Source of the DNA: Macrostomum lignano
Lineage: Eukaryota
Length of the DNA stretch: 64,000 bases
Direction of reading: 5' to 3'
Assembly (NCBI GenBank): GCA_002269645.1
Contig: NIVC01003246.1
Span: 1 to 64,000, forward strand
This document shows, piece by piece, positions 48,156 to 63,100 of this stretch. The translations under genes and the position numbers were made by a program. Below the pieces are notes generated by a model that was given only the letters and a program-made list of their open reading frames with translations, did not search any database and was not told where the DNA came from. Every line of letters begins with the position of its first letter. The stretch's first letter is position 1.

Positions 48156-49904
48156 ACTCGTATCTGTCACAGCACAAAGCCGGCATAAAATCGTTCAAAA
48201 GCGCATCAAAGGAGCGGTCAGGCGCAGTCAAAGGCCCGAGCCGCTCACCTACCCCTTCCAATTTCAGTCCGTTGCCATTGGTTACGGGGGGCGCTATGAG
48301 CGCTAATTAAAGGACTCGCAGCACTGTGTGGCCTAGCGGCTGCCGGGAGAATCTCAGCGGGCGGGAGAGCAAACTGAGTCAAAAGGAAAGAAAAGAATTG
48401 AAAGAGGGAAGCGCAGAGGCACGGGGGGGGGGCAGGATTGGGTGTCAGTCACGCCCAGCTTCTGCCCTTCATCCACCTCCGCGTATGCATGAATGCCGGC
48501 GTGCTGCTCAAACTCAGGCCCTTTCAGCTTTGCGGTCTGGGATGCTGGGCCGGACTGTACTTGACTGGCAGGGAATCGCAAATTCAAAACTGCTTTTAGG
48601 GGCGTTGGGGAAGGGGGTTAGGGTCGCGCACCGCTCTGTCTCTCTCCTGCTTGCCCTGCCTGCGGCCTCCTCTGCTGCTCCGTGCTTCTCGCTGACGCCG
48701 GCCTCCACCTTCTCTCCTTTCTTCTCCTCTCATCTTCTCTCCCATCTTTTCTTTCCCATTTCTCGTGGCTCATGTCTGAACTCTCATCTTCAATGTCTTA
48801 TGTCTCTTGAATCTTATCTCTTTTATAATCTCTCCTCTTCCATCTCCCTTCTTCGATCCTCTCTCCTCTCTTATCTCTCCTCTCTCATCTCTCCTCTCTC
48901 ATCCCCCCTCTCTCCTCTTTCATCTGTCTTCTATCATCACTACTCTCTCATCTTTATCCTCTCTCCTCTCTCATATCCCCTCCCTTATTTCTCCTCTCAT
49001 CTGTCCTTGCAGAAAAAAATGAAGTCGCAAAAATTCGCAGAAGGCCCAACAAAAATTTTGAATAAGAATCTGCAAGCCGAAAAGCTATAAAAAGTCAATA
49101 AAAAAGGTTAACTGCATTTATTGCATTGAAACACAGTGGAATTTCGGTGTCTAACTAAGCTAAACAAAAACTTGCAATCCGCGAACGGGAGATCACGTGA
49201 TCGCGCGAGTCCGTGCGAGTGTGCAGCTGCAGATCACGTGACTGCAAATGGCAATAAAAGCGCCGCAATAACCTGGACTCCTGTAGCGCAGGCGCGCAGC
49301 GAGCAATAAACAAGTCGAGTGACAAAAATGGTTAAAAACAGTGAATAAAACACTCGGTGAAACACTTGAGATTATTTGAAGAAATAGTGACTCAATAAGA
49401 AGTGTTTAAACAAAAAAGCTATCGACTTAAACAGAAAAGTGCAAAAATGGAATGCTCAGGCGGCTGAGTTATTGATTTTTTTGTTAGTCTAAAAATGAAG
49501 TATTGAAAATCACAAGTTATTTATTAGTATCGAATGCAGAGCTGCTGAGTCTATAGAAAAACTATTACAAACCTTGTCAGTTAGTGAAGTGCCCAGAGGC
49601 ACCCAGCCAGGTTAATGAAATTCTCAGATCGAGTCTTCCACTGCTAGGGGATTACTCGTAAAAGGCCGATATGGGAATTTTCCCAATAGGATATTAGCGG
49701 CCCACGCATAGAGAAATCTCAATACATGAGCACGAAATAGCAATTTCTATAATGAATTAACTATTGGACACGAAGCATGTCAGTGCGGTGCAGAACATAA
49801 TGGGAATATTTTATCAATGCCCTTTCTTGAATAATTGTTTCAACAAGCTTCAGGCCTCGGGGGTTTGGGCTTCAACAAGTGAATTAAAGATTAAAATTTA
49901 CGCT

Positions 49905-50240
49905 TGGGAGGACATTGGGGGGTCAAATTTGGGAGGACATTTGGGGGGGTCAAAGTTGGGAGGACATTGGGGGTCAAAGTTGGGAGGACATTGGGGGGTC
50001 AAAGTTGGGAGGACATTGGGGGGCTCAAATTTGGGAGGACATTGGGGGCTCAAATTTGGGAGGACATTGGGGGGTCAAATTTGGGAGGACATTTGGGGGG
50101 GGTCAAATTTGGGAGGACATTGGGGGGTCAAACTTGTCAGGACATTGGGGGGGGCAAATTTGGGAGGACGTTGGGGGTCAAAATTGGGAGGACATGCGGG
50201 GGGGGGGTCAAATTTGGAGGACATGGGAGGTCAAATCGGG
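49905..50240. repeat. ~25-bp G-rich minisatellite (TTTGGGAGGACATTGGGGGGTCAAA)
   Basis: Tandem units visible, just downstream of the PAQR stop. Confidence 0.92.
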
Positions 50241-50315
50241 AGTGGAAGTTCGGAGGTCGAGTTGGAAATAACATTGGGGATCAACTTAGACCTTAGGAGA
50301 GGACATCGGGGGTCA

Positions 50316-51724
50316 TCAATCGGAGCGTTTCTTCCCGCAGCCACCGCCGCCGCCTGCGGCCGCCAGCCGCCGCACCCGCAGGCTGTAGCGCAGGACGATG
50401 CCGCAGGCGCAGGCGGCCACCAGGCCGGCGCTGACCAGCATGGGCAGCCAGGGAGGCGGCGAGGTCAGCAACGGCCGACGATCCCGAAGGTCGAAGCGCA
50501 GCGCGGCGATCTGGTCGGCGGTGCCCATGCAGCCGGCCAGGTGGAACAGCTGGTGCGAGTGCCCGACGATGTCGAATGCGCCGGGCCAGAGGCGCTCCGG
50601 CAGGTGCGTCAGGTAGAGGAAGGCCATCGCCAGCACCAGCCACAGCTGGCGGCGCCAGTGCGGCAGCGACGCCTCGTCGGAGTTGGCGGCCGCAGCGGCC
50701 AGGCGGGCAAGCACCGGCAGGTTGGCGATGAGGCAGGCGAGCACGAAACCCGAAAGGCGGAGCACCTGCCGGCTCAGGGATCTGGGGGGATATTTTTGGG
50801 ATTATATCTCGTAAAGTGTTGGCTATTCGGTACAGGTGGGATTTCGGTTCTTACGGATGGGATCTCGGTTCTTACGAATGGGATCTTGATTCTTACGGAT
50901 GGGATCTCCGTTCTTAGGGATAGGATATCGATTGTTACGGATGGGATATCGATTCTTACGGACGGGATCTCAACTCTTTTTGATGGGATCTTGATTCTTT
51001 TTGATGGGATCTTGATTCTTTTTTATGGGATCTTGATTCTTTTTGATGGGATCTTGATTTTTTTGATGGGATCTTGATTCTTTTTTATGGGATCTTGATT
51101 CTTACGGATGGGAGGTTGGTGATTACAGGTGGGAGTTTGATATCTAAGAGCTGAATTTGATGTCGGAGCTCTCAAATTCGGAGAGCACCTGGGCATGAAC
51201 CTGGTCCGACAGGAGGTCCAGACTCCCCATATGGCGGTGGCGGTGGAGGCGGCCAGAAGCAGCAGCTGAGGCGCGGGCGCCATCATGTGGCCGGGCAGAG
51301 AGTAGGCCGAATAGGCGCAGGTGGCGCAGTGCCCGTAGAAGGCGATGGCCGCGTAATCAATGAAGAAGCAAACGTCCCGGGCCTCCCTGGACAGCACGTT
51401 GAACATGTGCGCCAGCGCGGAGGCCAGCGGGTACAGCACCGAGGCGAGCAGGAAGAGGTACAGCGGCCAGACGGCCGGGTCTGAGACGCCGAACTCGCTG
51501 ACGGCGCCGACGGCCATGGACAGGAAGGCCAGCGAGCCCAGCAGGTGGCTCCAGACATTGAGGGTCTCGTTATTCCAGCTGAAGATGCTGCGGACGCACT
51601 GCGCCACCGAGCTGCTGACTGGCCGGTAGCCCGATAGGATGAAGACCTCCTTGAAGTGGCCCGGCACCTCGTGGTGGCGCAGGACGGCTGGCTTCAAGTA
51701 GGCGGCCTGCATTGACGCGGGCAT
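50316..51724 (-). CDS. PAQR family (membrane progestin receptor-like) 7TM protein, 333 aa
   Basis: Exons 51189-51724 and 50316-50781, in phase. [51 protein letters not shown]. Confidence 0.93.
50830..51110. repeat. 21-bp minisatellite (GATGGGATCTTGATTCTTTTT), PAQR intron
   Basis: Tandem units visible. Confidence 0.9.
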
Positions 51725-54149
51725 GGGGCAAGTCGGTAGGTTGTGGCCATGGCACGCGAGTTTAAATTGGTGGACAAATAATTATTCAGCAGCCATAAAC
51801 ACAATGCCCATATGGGGTAAATTTTTCATGCTTTTTTCGAACAAGCTGCCCATTTTAAACAAGCAAAATATTTTTTTCAAAACTGGTTAAACAATATTTT
51901 AATCCATTGCACATAGATAGAAATGTTGCAATTAGTAACATCAAATTAGTTGCTTATAAAGCTACATGATTAAATAAAGTAGAAATCCTAACCAGATAAA
52001 TTATTCCTAAAATAAACTGAAAATTTGTAGCAGCTACATCAACTGAAAAATCTCAAAATTGCATTGCTCAGAGGAATCAGAGGCTAAATCAAAAAGCTAA
52101 ATTCTAAAAGCTAAAATGTGCATGTGTTTTAATAAATAAGACTTAAAGCTAAACATAATTTATGATAGCTGAATATTTGCTTAGCTATAAAGGCGGTGGC
52201 TTATTAGTCATCAGGGTAAACTAAATTTCATTATTTTTTTCCTTATATGCTTGTAAAAAGTTGCTTCTTTGAACATTCTGGTGGGATTGCAGCACAAAAA
52301 ATACACATTGACAGCGAATTCAATAAAAATCACATTTCTTGTCACCATCATAGATAAAGAGATCACTATTTATGTCGTTTGAATATGAAAATAAAATGTT
52401 TCAAGAAAAATTACAGCTTTATATTTTCTATAATAGCTTTGTTTTATTCGATATAAACACAGTCTATGTCAGAGTTGCAAGCAAGGCATTATATTTCTAA
52501 TTTGATCTGTGTATAATAATCACAAGGACTACTTAAGTTATAAAAGTTATAACTTTAGAGCCTTGAGTAGTAGTTCTCAGAAAAATCAGCTTAGAAAGTG
52601 AAACTAAAAAATAAAGCTTTGCTTGATAACAATTTTATCTTTAGTTTAGATCAAAATTATGTAAAAATGAAAACTTATTGATCATTAGCACTTGCTGAAG
52701 CTTTTTTATTTTGCATAATTATTGGTGTAATAGTTATTGATTTGTTTAAACTAATAAAAAACGAGGAAAAAGAAAATAAAAAGAATCCGGCGCTTTAAAT
52801 TGAAATATTAAGTATGTACAACAAGGAAAAGAAAATTAATCAGCTTAATAAACTTAATAAGCTTTAACCTTTCTGAAAAACTAGCTTTTCTTTCTAAAAA
52901 AATCAAAACACTTGGAAGTTGTCTTTCTGACTACTAGTGTCTTTGATAGGAAACAAGCCATAAAAATTTCTACACAAAAGCCCACAGAAAATACGAGTCG
53001 AATCCTTCGATCTACTGAAGCCGTCTTTGTCTAGACTATAGTGTATGTTAAGGGTTATGTTTTTTACGAATTTTTCATCTAAATATGTACGCGATTCTAG
53101 TAGATTATTTAAAGAAAAAAAATTCTACTTAGCGCTGCATTGCATTAAAAGTAAACTCTTACCTAATAAATTTTTCAGCGTTTGAAACACTGGGCATTGA
53201 CAGCCACTTTTGACAGCTTGACAGCAAAATGCTACTGTATAGCGCAGCCGAGAATGATTCCAAATTGTCAATTCATTTCAATAATTTTCAAATTGGCAAT
53301 CAATTGTTACGATAAAAAGCTCATTTACAAAGCAATGTTTTACAAAGACTAAACAGTTGATTATTGATGAAAATGGGCACATTTTATTGAAAATAAGTTA
53401 ACATTCTGAATAATTAACATTCAAAGCGCATTGGGCTAAGTTACAATTGCAGTAATGCCGTAACTTAAAGGACACGAGACGCGCCTGGTAGTGGTAATTG
53501 TTAGTGCATACAATGTACATCAAAGCATTAGTTAGTCAGCTGATGTTGATTAATATTTTTAAACAGTCACGGTATTTTTTAACGAGGCCAACAAAGTTCA
53601 AAATAGCCACGGAATGGTGCACTATTAATTTGATTACGGAATAATAAGCTGAGCTATTTTTCAGCAACAGACGATTTGCGAAAGCTGGAATCAATTTTTT
53701 TTCTGCAACCGAGTGCTGACGGGAAAGCAGAGCAGCAGGCATTTCGTAAGAATGAAGAATTATTAATACAAATACACTGAATAACTGAAAATAATATTTT
53801 TAGATAATCTACAAACAAAAAAATCCCGAACGCGTACTAACCTACTTACAGCAGTGTGCAAAGAAATTTGCAAATATATTGGCAAAATGAAAGCAAACAC
53901 AGGAGTGGCATTAATAGTTTTTATCCAACTATCATGTCTGATTGCAAGAGAAATTTCTAACCGAGTGCAAGACTGATTGGTGCGGCCCGGCCTGGGCTCG
54001 AGAAATAAGCATTGAGCATTCATTCAAGTATTGTAACTGATTGATTGAATTGAGAGAAGTACAAAAAATGACTCGAATAATTTATGTTGCTTTCGACTGA
54101 GACTCGGCCAGGAGTTGCCGTTAGGATGGCATGCGGCGGGTGAGTCACT

Positions 54150-57100
54150 TCAGGTGCTTTCACTGACGCATTGCCTGAAGTTATATTTCAAGAGGCTCCA
54201 AATTACTGAATGGGAATTGGACTTAGGGGATGCACAGACCTGACAACTAAGGCCTAAGAGAATGGGATCATTGGGATTGGGATCAATGGGATCTAAAAGA
54301 TTGGGGGGATCAATGGGATCTAAGTGATTGGGGTCAATGGGATTTAAGTGATTGGGATCAATAGGATTTAAGTGATTGGGATCAATGGGATCTAAGTGAT
54401 TGGGATCAATGGGATCTAAGTGATTGGGATCAATGGGATCTAAGTGATTGGGGATCAATAGGATTTAAGTGATTGGGGATCAATGGGATCTAAGTGATTG
54501 GGATCAATGGGATCTAAGTGATTGGGATCAATAGGATTTAAGTGATTGGGATCAATGGGATCTAAGTGATTGGGATCAATGGGATCTAAGTGATTGGGAT
54601 CAATAGGATTTAAGTGATTGGGATCAATGGGATCTAAGTGATTGGGGATCAATGGGATCTAAGTGATTGGGGATCAATGGGATCTAAGTGATTGGGGATC
54701 AATGGGATCTAAGTGATTGGGATCAATGGGATCCAAGTGATTGGGATCAATGGGATTTAAGTGATTGGGGATCAATGGGATCTAAGTGATTGGGATCAAT
54801 GGGATCCAAGTGATTGGGATCAATGGGATTTAAGTGATTGGGGATCAATGGGATCTAAGTGATTGGGATCAATGGGATCTAAGTGATTGGGATCAATGGG
54901 ATCTAAGTGATTGGGATCAATGGGATCCAAGTGATTGGGATCAATGGGATTTAAGTGATTGGGGATCAATGGGATCTAAGTGATTGGGATCAATGGGATT
55001 TAAGTGATTGGGGATCAATGGGATCTAAGTGATTGGGGATCAATGGGATCTAAGTGATTGGGATCAATGGGATCTAAGTGATTGGGATCAATGGGATCCA
55101 AGTGATTGGGATCAATGGGATTTAAGTGATTGGGATCAATGGGATCTAAGTGATTGGGATCAATGGGATCCAAGTGATTGGGATCAATGGGATTTAAGTG
55201 ATTGGGATCAATGGGATCTAAGTGATTGGGATCAATGGGATTTAAGTGATTGGGGATCAATGGGATCTAAGTGATTGGGGATCAATGGGATCTAAGTGAT
55301 TGGGGATCAATGGGATCTAAGTGATTGGGATCAATGGGATCTAAGTGATTGGGATCAATGGGATCCAAGTGATTGGGATCAATGGGATTTAAGTGATTGG
55401 GATCAATGGGATCTAAGTGATTGGGATCAATGGGATCCAAGTGATTGGGATCAATGGGATTTAAGTGATTGGGATCAATGGGATCTAAGCGATTGGGGGA
55501 TCACTGGGACCTGACTAACTGTCATCGGACACCAGGAACCGCGGTGACTCACTTGACCTGCAGCAGGGTGCGGCACCGGCCCTGCAGCCGGCTGATCTTG
55601 TCGAACACCTTGACCGCAGGCCCCAGCTTCAGGCCCAGGCCCGTCAGGACGTCCATCCGCTTCATCAGCATCAGCGAGGCGCCGTCGATCTCCTGCTCAA
55701 CGCAGGCCTGCGCAGCCAGCGGGAAGCCTTCGCCGTCCAGCCAGCTGCGGACCTGCGCGATGCTCCACAGGCTGGCGTCGCCCGCCAGCTGCGCCTGCGA
55801 CTCCTGCGGCGGTGGCTGCTGACCGGAGCTGAGGAATCATAATTGGTGGGGATTATGGATCATTGTAGCCTGAAGTTGAAAACCCATAAATCAGGGATCC
55901 CAAAGCCATAAATCAGGGACCCAAGAGCCATAAATCAGGGACCCAAGAGCCATAAATCAGGGACCCAAGAGCCATAAATCAGGGACCCAAGAGCCATAAA
56001 TCAGGGATCCCAAGAGCCATAAATAAGGGATTCCGAAGCCCATAAGTCAGGGATCCCGAAGCCATAAATCAGGGATCCCAAGAGCCATAAATCAGGGACC
56101 CAAGAGCCATAAATCAGGGACCCAAGAGCCATAAATCAGGGACCCAAGAGCCATAAATCAGGGACCCAAGAGCCATAAATCAGGGATCCCAAGAGCCATA
56201 AATAAGGGATTCCGAAGCCCATAAGTCAGGGATCCCGAAGCCATAAATAAGGGATCCCAAAGCCATAAATCAGGGACCCAAGAGCCATAAATCAGGGATC
56301 CCAAGAGCCATAAATAAGGGATTCCGAAGCCCATAAGTCAGGGATCCCAAAGCCATAAATCAGGGATCCCAAGAGCCATAAATAAGGGATTCCGAAGCCC
56401 ATAAGTCAGGGATCCCAAAGCCATAAATCAGGGATCCCAAGAGCCATAAATAAGGGATTCCGAAGCCCATAAGTCAGGGATCCCGAAGCCATAAATAAGG
56501 GATCCCAAAGCCATAAATAAGGGATTCCGAAGCCCATAAGTCAGGGATCCCAAAGCCATAAATCAGGGATCCCAAGAGCCATAAATCAGGGACCCAAGAG
56601 CCATAAATCTGGGATTCCGAAGCCCATAAATCAGGAATCTCATAAACCATAAATCAGGAATCTCATAAACCATAAATCAGGGATCCCAAAGCTCATAAAT
56701 CAGGGATATCAAAAGCCATAAATCAGGGATCCCAAAGCCATAAATCAGGGATCCCAAGAGCCATAAATAAGGGATTCCGAAGCCATAAATAAGGGATTCC
56801 GAAGCCCATAAGTCAGGGATCCCGAAGCCATAAATAAGGGATCCCAAAGCCATAAATAAGGGATTCCGAAGCCCATAAGTCAGGGATCCCGAAGCCATAA
56901 ATAAGGGATCCCAAGAGCCATAAATAAGGGATTCCGAAGCCCATAAGTCAGGGATCCCAAAGCCATAAATAAGGGATTCCGAAGCCCATAAGTCAGGGAT
57001 CCCAAGAGCCATAAATCAGGGACCCAAGAGCCATAAATCAGGGATCCCAAGAGCCATAAATAAGGGATTCCGAAGCCCATAAGTCAGGGATCCCGAAGCC

Positions 57101-60100
57101 ATAAATAAGGGATCCCAAAGCCATAAATCAGGGATCCCAAGAGCCATAAATAAGGGATTCCGAAGCCCATAAGTCAGGGATCCCAAAGCCATAAATCAGG
57201 GATCCCAAGAGCCATAAATCAGGGACCCAAGAGCCATAAATCTGGGATTCCGAAGCCCATAAATCAGGAATCTCATAAACCATAAATCAGGAATCTCATA
57301 AACCATAAATCAGGGATCCCAAAGCTCATAAATCAGGAATCTCATAAACCATAAATCAGGAATCTCATAAACCATAAATCAGGAATCTCATAAACCATAA
57401 ATCAGGAATCTCATAAACCATAAATCAGGAATCTCATAAACCATAAATAAGGGATCCCAAAGCCATAAATAAGGGATTCCGAAGCCCATAAGTCAGGGAT
57501 CCCGAAGCCATAAATAAGGGATCCCAAAGCCATAAATAAGGGATTCCGAAGCCCATAAGTCAGGGATCCCAAAGCCATAAATAAGGGATTCCGAAGCCCA
57601 TAAGTCAGGGATCCCAAAGCCATAAATCAGGGATCCCAAGAGCCATAAATCAGGGATCCCAAGAGCCATAAATAAGGGATTCCGAAGCCATAAGTCAGGG
57701 ATCCCAAAGCCATAAATCAGGGATCCCAAGAGCCATAAATAAGGGATTCCGAAGCCCATAAGTCAGGGATCCCGAAGCCATAAATAAGGGATCCCAAAGC
57801 CATAAATAAGGGATTCCGAAGCCCATAAGTCAGGGATCCCAAAGCCCATAAATCAGGAATCTCATAAACCATAAATCAGGAATCTCATAAACCATAAATC
57901 AGGGATCCCAAAGCTCATAAATCAGGAATCTCATAAACCATAAATCAGGGATCCCAAGAGCCATAAATCAGGGATCCCAAGAGCCATAAATAAGGGATTC
58001 CGAAGCCCATAAGTCAGGGATCCCAAAGTCATAAATCAGGGATCCCAAGAGCCATAAATCAGGGATCCCAAGAGCCATAAATAAGGGATTCCGAAGCCCA
58101 TAAGTCAGGGATCCCGAAGCCATAAATAAGGGATCCCAAAGCCATAAATAAGGGATCCCAAGAGCCATAAATCAGGGACCCAAGAGCCATAAATCAGGGA
58201 CCCAAGAGCCATAAATCAGGGACCCAAGAGCCATAAATAAGGGATCCCAAAGCCATAAATCAGGGACCCAAGAGCCATAAATCTGGGATTCCGAAGCCCA
58301 TAAATCAGGAATCTCATAAACCATAAATCAGGAATCTCATAAACCAGAAATCAGGGATCCCAAAGCCCATAAATCAGGGATATCAAAAGCCATAAATCAG
58401 GGATCCCAAAGCCATAAATCAGGGATCCCAAGAGCCATAAATCTGGGATCCCAAAGCCCATAAATCAGGAATCTCATAAACCATAAATCAGGGATCCCAA
58501 AGCCCATAAATCAGGGATATCAAAAGCCATAAATCACGGATCCCAAAGCCATAAATCAGGGATCTCAAAAGCTATAAATCAGGGATCCCGTAAGCCGTAA
58601 CTCAGGAATCCCAAAAATCATAAATCAGGGATCCCAAAAGCCATAAGCCATAAATAAAAACACAAAGGATCCCATAGAATCAACAGACCCGTCCGCTCGC
58701 TCCTCCTCCCGGCAGCGGCTGCACACCCACTTGGCGTCACTGGCTGGTCGCTCGGTGACGCGGGGCCGGTGGCAGCTGACGTGGTAGCCTTTGTCGCAGG
58801 CGTCGCAGATCAGGATGAGCTCGGGGTCGCCGCTGCCCGAGCACACGCAGCAGGTCTTGCACTCGGAGCACTGCCACGGCGACTGGCAGGCCCTGGCGGC
58901 CAGCTCCGGCCCGTACAGCATGCAGCTGGGGTGCGCCTGGGGCGGGCGGGTGCTGCGTGGCAGGGCTGATCCCAATCGCCATGGCTCTGATCCCAATCGT
59001 CATGGCTCTGATCCCAATCGCCATGGCTCTGATCCCAATCGTCATGGCTCTGATCCCAATAGCCATGGCTCTGATCCCACTCATAGCGGCTCTGATCCCA
59101 CTCATGACGGCTCTGATCCCACTCATGACGGCTCTGATCCCACTCATGACGGCTCTGATCCCAATCCCCACGGCTCTGATCCCAATCCCCACGGCTCTAA
59201 TCCCAATCCCCACGGCTCTGATCCCAATCCCCACGGCTCTGATCCCAATCCCCACGGCTCTAATCCCAATCCCCACGGCTCTAATCCCAATCCCCACGGC
59301 TCTAATCCCAATCCCCACGGCTCTAATCCCAATCACCATGGCTCTAATCCCAATCCCCACGGCTCTGATCCCAATCACCATGGCTCTAATCCCAATCCCC
59401 ACGGCTCTGATCCCACTCATGACGGCTCTGATCCCAATCGTCATGGCTCTGATCCCAATCACCACGGCTCTGATCCCAATCCCCACGGCTCTAATCCCAA
59501 TCCCCACGGCTCTAATCCCAATCCCCACGGCTCTAATCCCAATCCCCACGGCTCTAATCCCAACCCCCACGGCTCTAATCCCAATCCCCACGGCTCTAAT
59601 CCCAATCCCCACGGCTCTGATCCCAATCCCCACGGCTCTAATCCCAATCACCATGGCTCTAATCCCAATCCCCACGGCTCTGATCCCAATCCCCACGGCT
59701 CTAATCCCAATCACCATGGCTCTAATCCCAATCCCCACGGCTCTGATCCCAATCACCATGGCTCTGATCCCAATCCCCACGGCTCTGATCCCACTCATGA
59801 CGGCTCTGATCCCAATCCCCACGGCTCTAATCCCAATCCCCACGGCTCTGATCCCAATCACCACGGCTCTGATCCCAATCGTCATGGCTCTGATCCCAAT
59901 CACCACGGCTCTAATCCCAATCACCATGGCTCTAATCCCAATCCCCACGGCTCTGATCCCAATCACCATGGCTCTAATCCCAATCCCCACGGCTCTGATC
60001 CCACTCATGACGGCTCTGATCCCAATCCCCACGGCTCTAATCCCAATCCCCACGGCTCTGATCCCAATCACCACGGCTCTAATCCCAATCCCCACGGCTC

Positions 60101-63100
60101 TGATCCCAATCACCACGGCTCTAATCCCAATCACCATGGCTCTAATCCCAATCCCCACGGCTCTAATCCCAATCCCCACGGCTCTAATCCCAATCCCCAC
60201 GGCTCTAATCCCAATCCCCACGGCTCTGATCCCAATCCCCACGGCTCTAATCCCAATCACCATGGCTCTAATCCCAATCCCCACGGCTCTGATCCCAATC
60301 ACCATGGCTCTAATCCCAATCCCCACGGCTCTGATCCCACTCATGACGGCTCTGATCCCAATCCCCACGGCTCTAATCCCAATCCCCACGGCTCTGATCC
60401 CAATCACCACGGCTCTAATCCCAATCCCCACGGCTCTGATCCCAATCACCACGGCTCTAATCCCAATCACCATGGCTCTAATCCCAATCCCCACGGCTCT
60501 AATCCCAATCCCCACGGCTCTAATCCCAATCCCCACGGCTCTAATCCCAATCCCCACGGCTCTGATCCCAATCCCCACGGCTCTAATCCCAATCACCATG
60601 GCTCTAATCCCAATCCCCACGGCTCTGATCCCACTCATGACGGCTCTGATCCCAATCCCCACGGCTCTGATCCCAATCCCCACGGCTCTGATTCCAATCG
60701 CCACGGCTGATCTCAACCCGGGGCCACGGCTATCACAAGTCAACCCAACTCGACAAAGCGGCCCGCGATTCGACATCCTAACTCGTCTTTTCAACATCCG
60801 CATTACAGATCCCATCACTATTCACTCCTTGTCTCAGCCTCAATCCCCGACTCTACATTCTGTTCATATTCCCATCCCTATCAAAATTTAAATCCCACAT
60901 CCCATCCCACACTGAATCCCATCCCCCAAATCCCATCCAGTGCCGATCCCAACCCCACCTTGTGCGCGCAGTCCCGGCAGCGCAGCATCCGCTCGGGGAC
61001 GCCCATGCGATTCGCACTTGGAGGCGACTGGCAGAAGTCGCACAGGTCCGGTGAATTCGCCGAGCCGCCGCCGCCGCCGCCACCGCTGGCCGAGGCGGCC
61101 GCGTCCATGGAGGATGAGGAGGCGGAGGGGGCGCGAGAGGCCACCACCGGCGACTTCTTCCGACGGCGGCGTCGACGCGGAGCGCCGCACAGCCGCAGGT
61201 CCAGCGGCGTCGAGCCGGCACCCGCTGCCCGCTTGACGGCCGGCGGCCCGACGAATTCGTCGCCGTCGCCGTCATCGCCGTTGTCGTTGTCAGCGTCGTC
61301 AACGACTGCAGCGGCCACGGCGGCCACGGCGGCCGCAGCGGCGGCTCGGCGCCGTTTGGCGAGCTGCACCCGCTCCTTGCGGCGGCGCAGGGCCGCCTGG
61401 CGCCGCGAGCCGTCCAGGTCGAGCTGGAAGCGGCTGGGCCCGAGACGGAACAGCCGGCCGGCGGCGGCCTCCCGCTCCAGCGCCTCGGACAGGGCGGTGG
61501 CCGACATTGGGGGGACTTCGGCATGCTGGCGGAATGCAGATGGGACGAAATGCGAGATAGAGAAAGAAGTGGACGGCCAAGGTGTAGGGGAAAAAGCAAA
61601 AGGGCGGGGACAAGATGGAGGGAGAAGGAGATGGGAGAAGATGGAGAAGGAGATGGGGAGAAGATGGAGAGGGAGATGGGGAGAAGATGGAGAGGGAGAT
61701 GGGGAGAAGACGGAGAGGGAGATAGGGAGAAGATGGAGAGGGAGATAGGGAGAAGATGGAGAGGGAGATGGGGAGAAGATGGAGAGGGAGATGGGGAGAA
61801 GAGGGAGAGGGAGATGGGGAGAAGATGGAGAGGGAGATGGGGAGAAGATGGAGAGGGAGATAGGGAGAAGAGGGGAGGGAGATGGGGAGAAGATGGAGAG
61901 GGAGATGGGGAGAAGAGGGAGAGGGAGATGGGGAGAAGATGGAGAGGGAGATGGAGAGAAGAGGGGAGGGAGATGGGGAGAAGATGGAGAGGGAGATAGA
62001 GAGAAGAGGGGAGGGAGATGGGGAGAAGATGGAGAGGGAGATGGAGAGAAGAGGGGAGGGGATAAGGAGAGGGAGAGGGGAGAGGAGGAAGAAGGGCAGC
62101 GGGGAGATTGGGATGAGAGGAAGAGAGGGGGAGGGAGTAAATGAGGTCTATCAGCCAAACTCACTCCCTATTAATCCCTATTGGAATAAGTTTGAAAAAC
62201 CTGCGGACGCGCACACAGGCCAAAAAATGGCGCCCCAAAAGTGCGACGCAAACACGAATATTGCGGTTATTATTACGGTTATATAATAGCCGTAATGCGA
62301 CACCTCAGTCCGCGCGTTTTCTTTATTTTCCAGAGTCGCGACACTGGAAAATTCCTTACTTCGTTCAATGGAAAGCATCGCAGCTAAGGACTGATGTCGC
62401 AGAGACTGGCATGACAATGGGGATGTGCAGGGATTAAGCCCCATAAGTCAATCAGCAGCAACGCACCTGCTGCAGCAGCAGCATCCGAGCGTGCAGCATC
62501 TGGACGGTGAAGGTGGCACCGTCCGGGAGGCTCTTGGCTGCGGCGAGCACCCGCTGGGTGGTGTCCGGGCTGTTCCGGCCGCTGGCCAGCTCCTTCCGGC
62601 GGTGCCAGCTGGAGGCGTTTCGGTAGGACACGGAGCCCTTGTACTCCACCCGCATCACCTGGCGCTGTTCGACAAGGCGCTGCAGGATGCTGGCCACGGC
62701 ATCCCGGGTGAGCTCGGCGCCTCCGGGATTCTGCTGCCGCTGACGGTTGGCCTGGAGAAGCGGGGCGGCGGTTCGAACTGCGAATTGAGCGCTTCGGGGT
62801 TGAAATGATTCTGGGAAATAATCTATAGGGGAAGAGTTGCCGCTAGCAATGATGAGTCAGCTTCCACTTTATGGCAGCGAATTCGGATTGGGTGACTCTT
62901 GGCCATAGACAGTTGGTTGACTGCCTACGCAGCTCGTTTCCTTCGGACTATGAGGCTCGCACCAACCTCTGCTCCTGCGAGTGTTCTGGAGAACATCAGG
63001 CGCCGAAAATGAGTTTCAAGTGATTGACAGAGAAAATGAGTTTCCGATGAGTATCCGATTGAGAAAATGAGTTTCCGATGAGTATCCGACTGAGAAAACG

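Noticed and set aside
48326-49090. 254-aa ORF on + strand
   Set aside because: The second half is CT-rich low complexity; no recognisable domain or start context.
51780-54100. Genes or a second viral fragment in the AT-rich stretch
   Set aside because: No ORFs with recognisable motifs; it looks like 3' UTR or intergenic DNA between the PAQR gene and the SAM-domain gene.
58737-60891. Circumsporozoite-like (GSDPNPH)n or collagen-like repeat proteins
   Set aside because: Translations of a 21-bp intronic array between two exons that together encode the double PHD finger.
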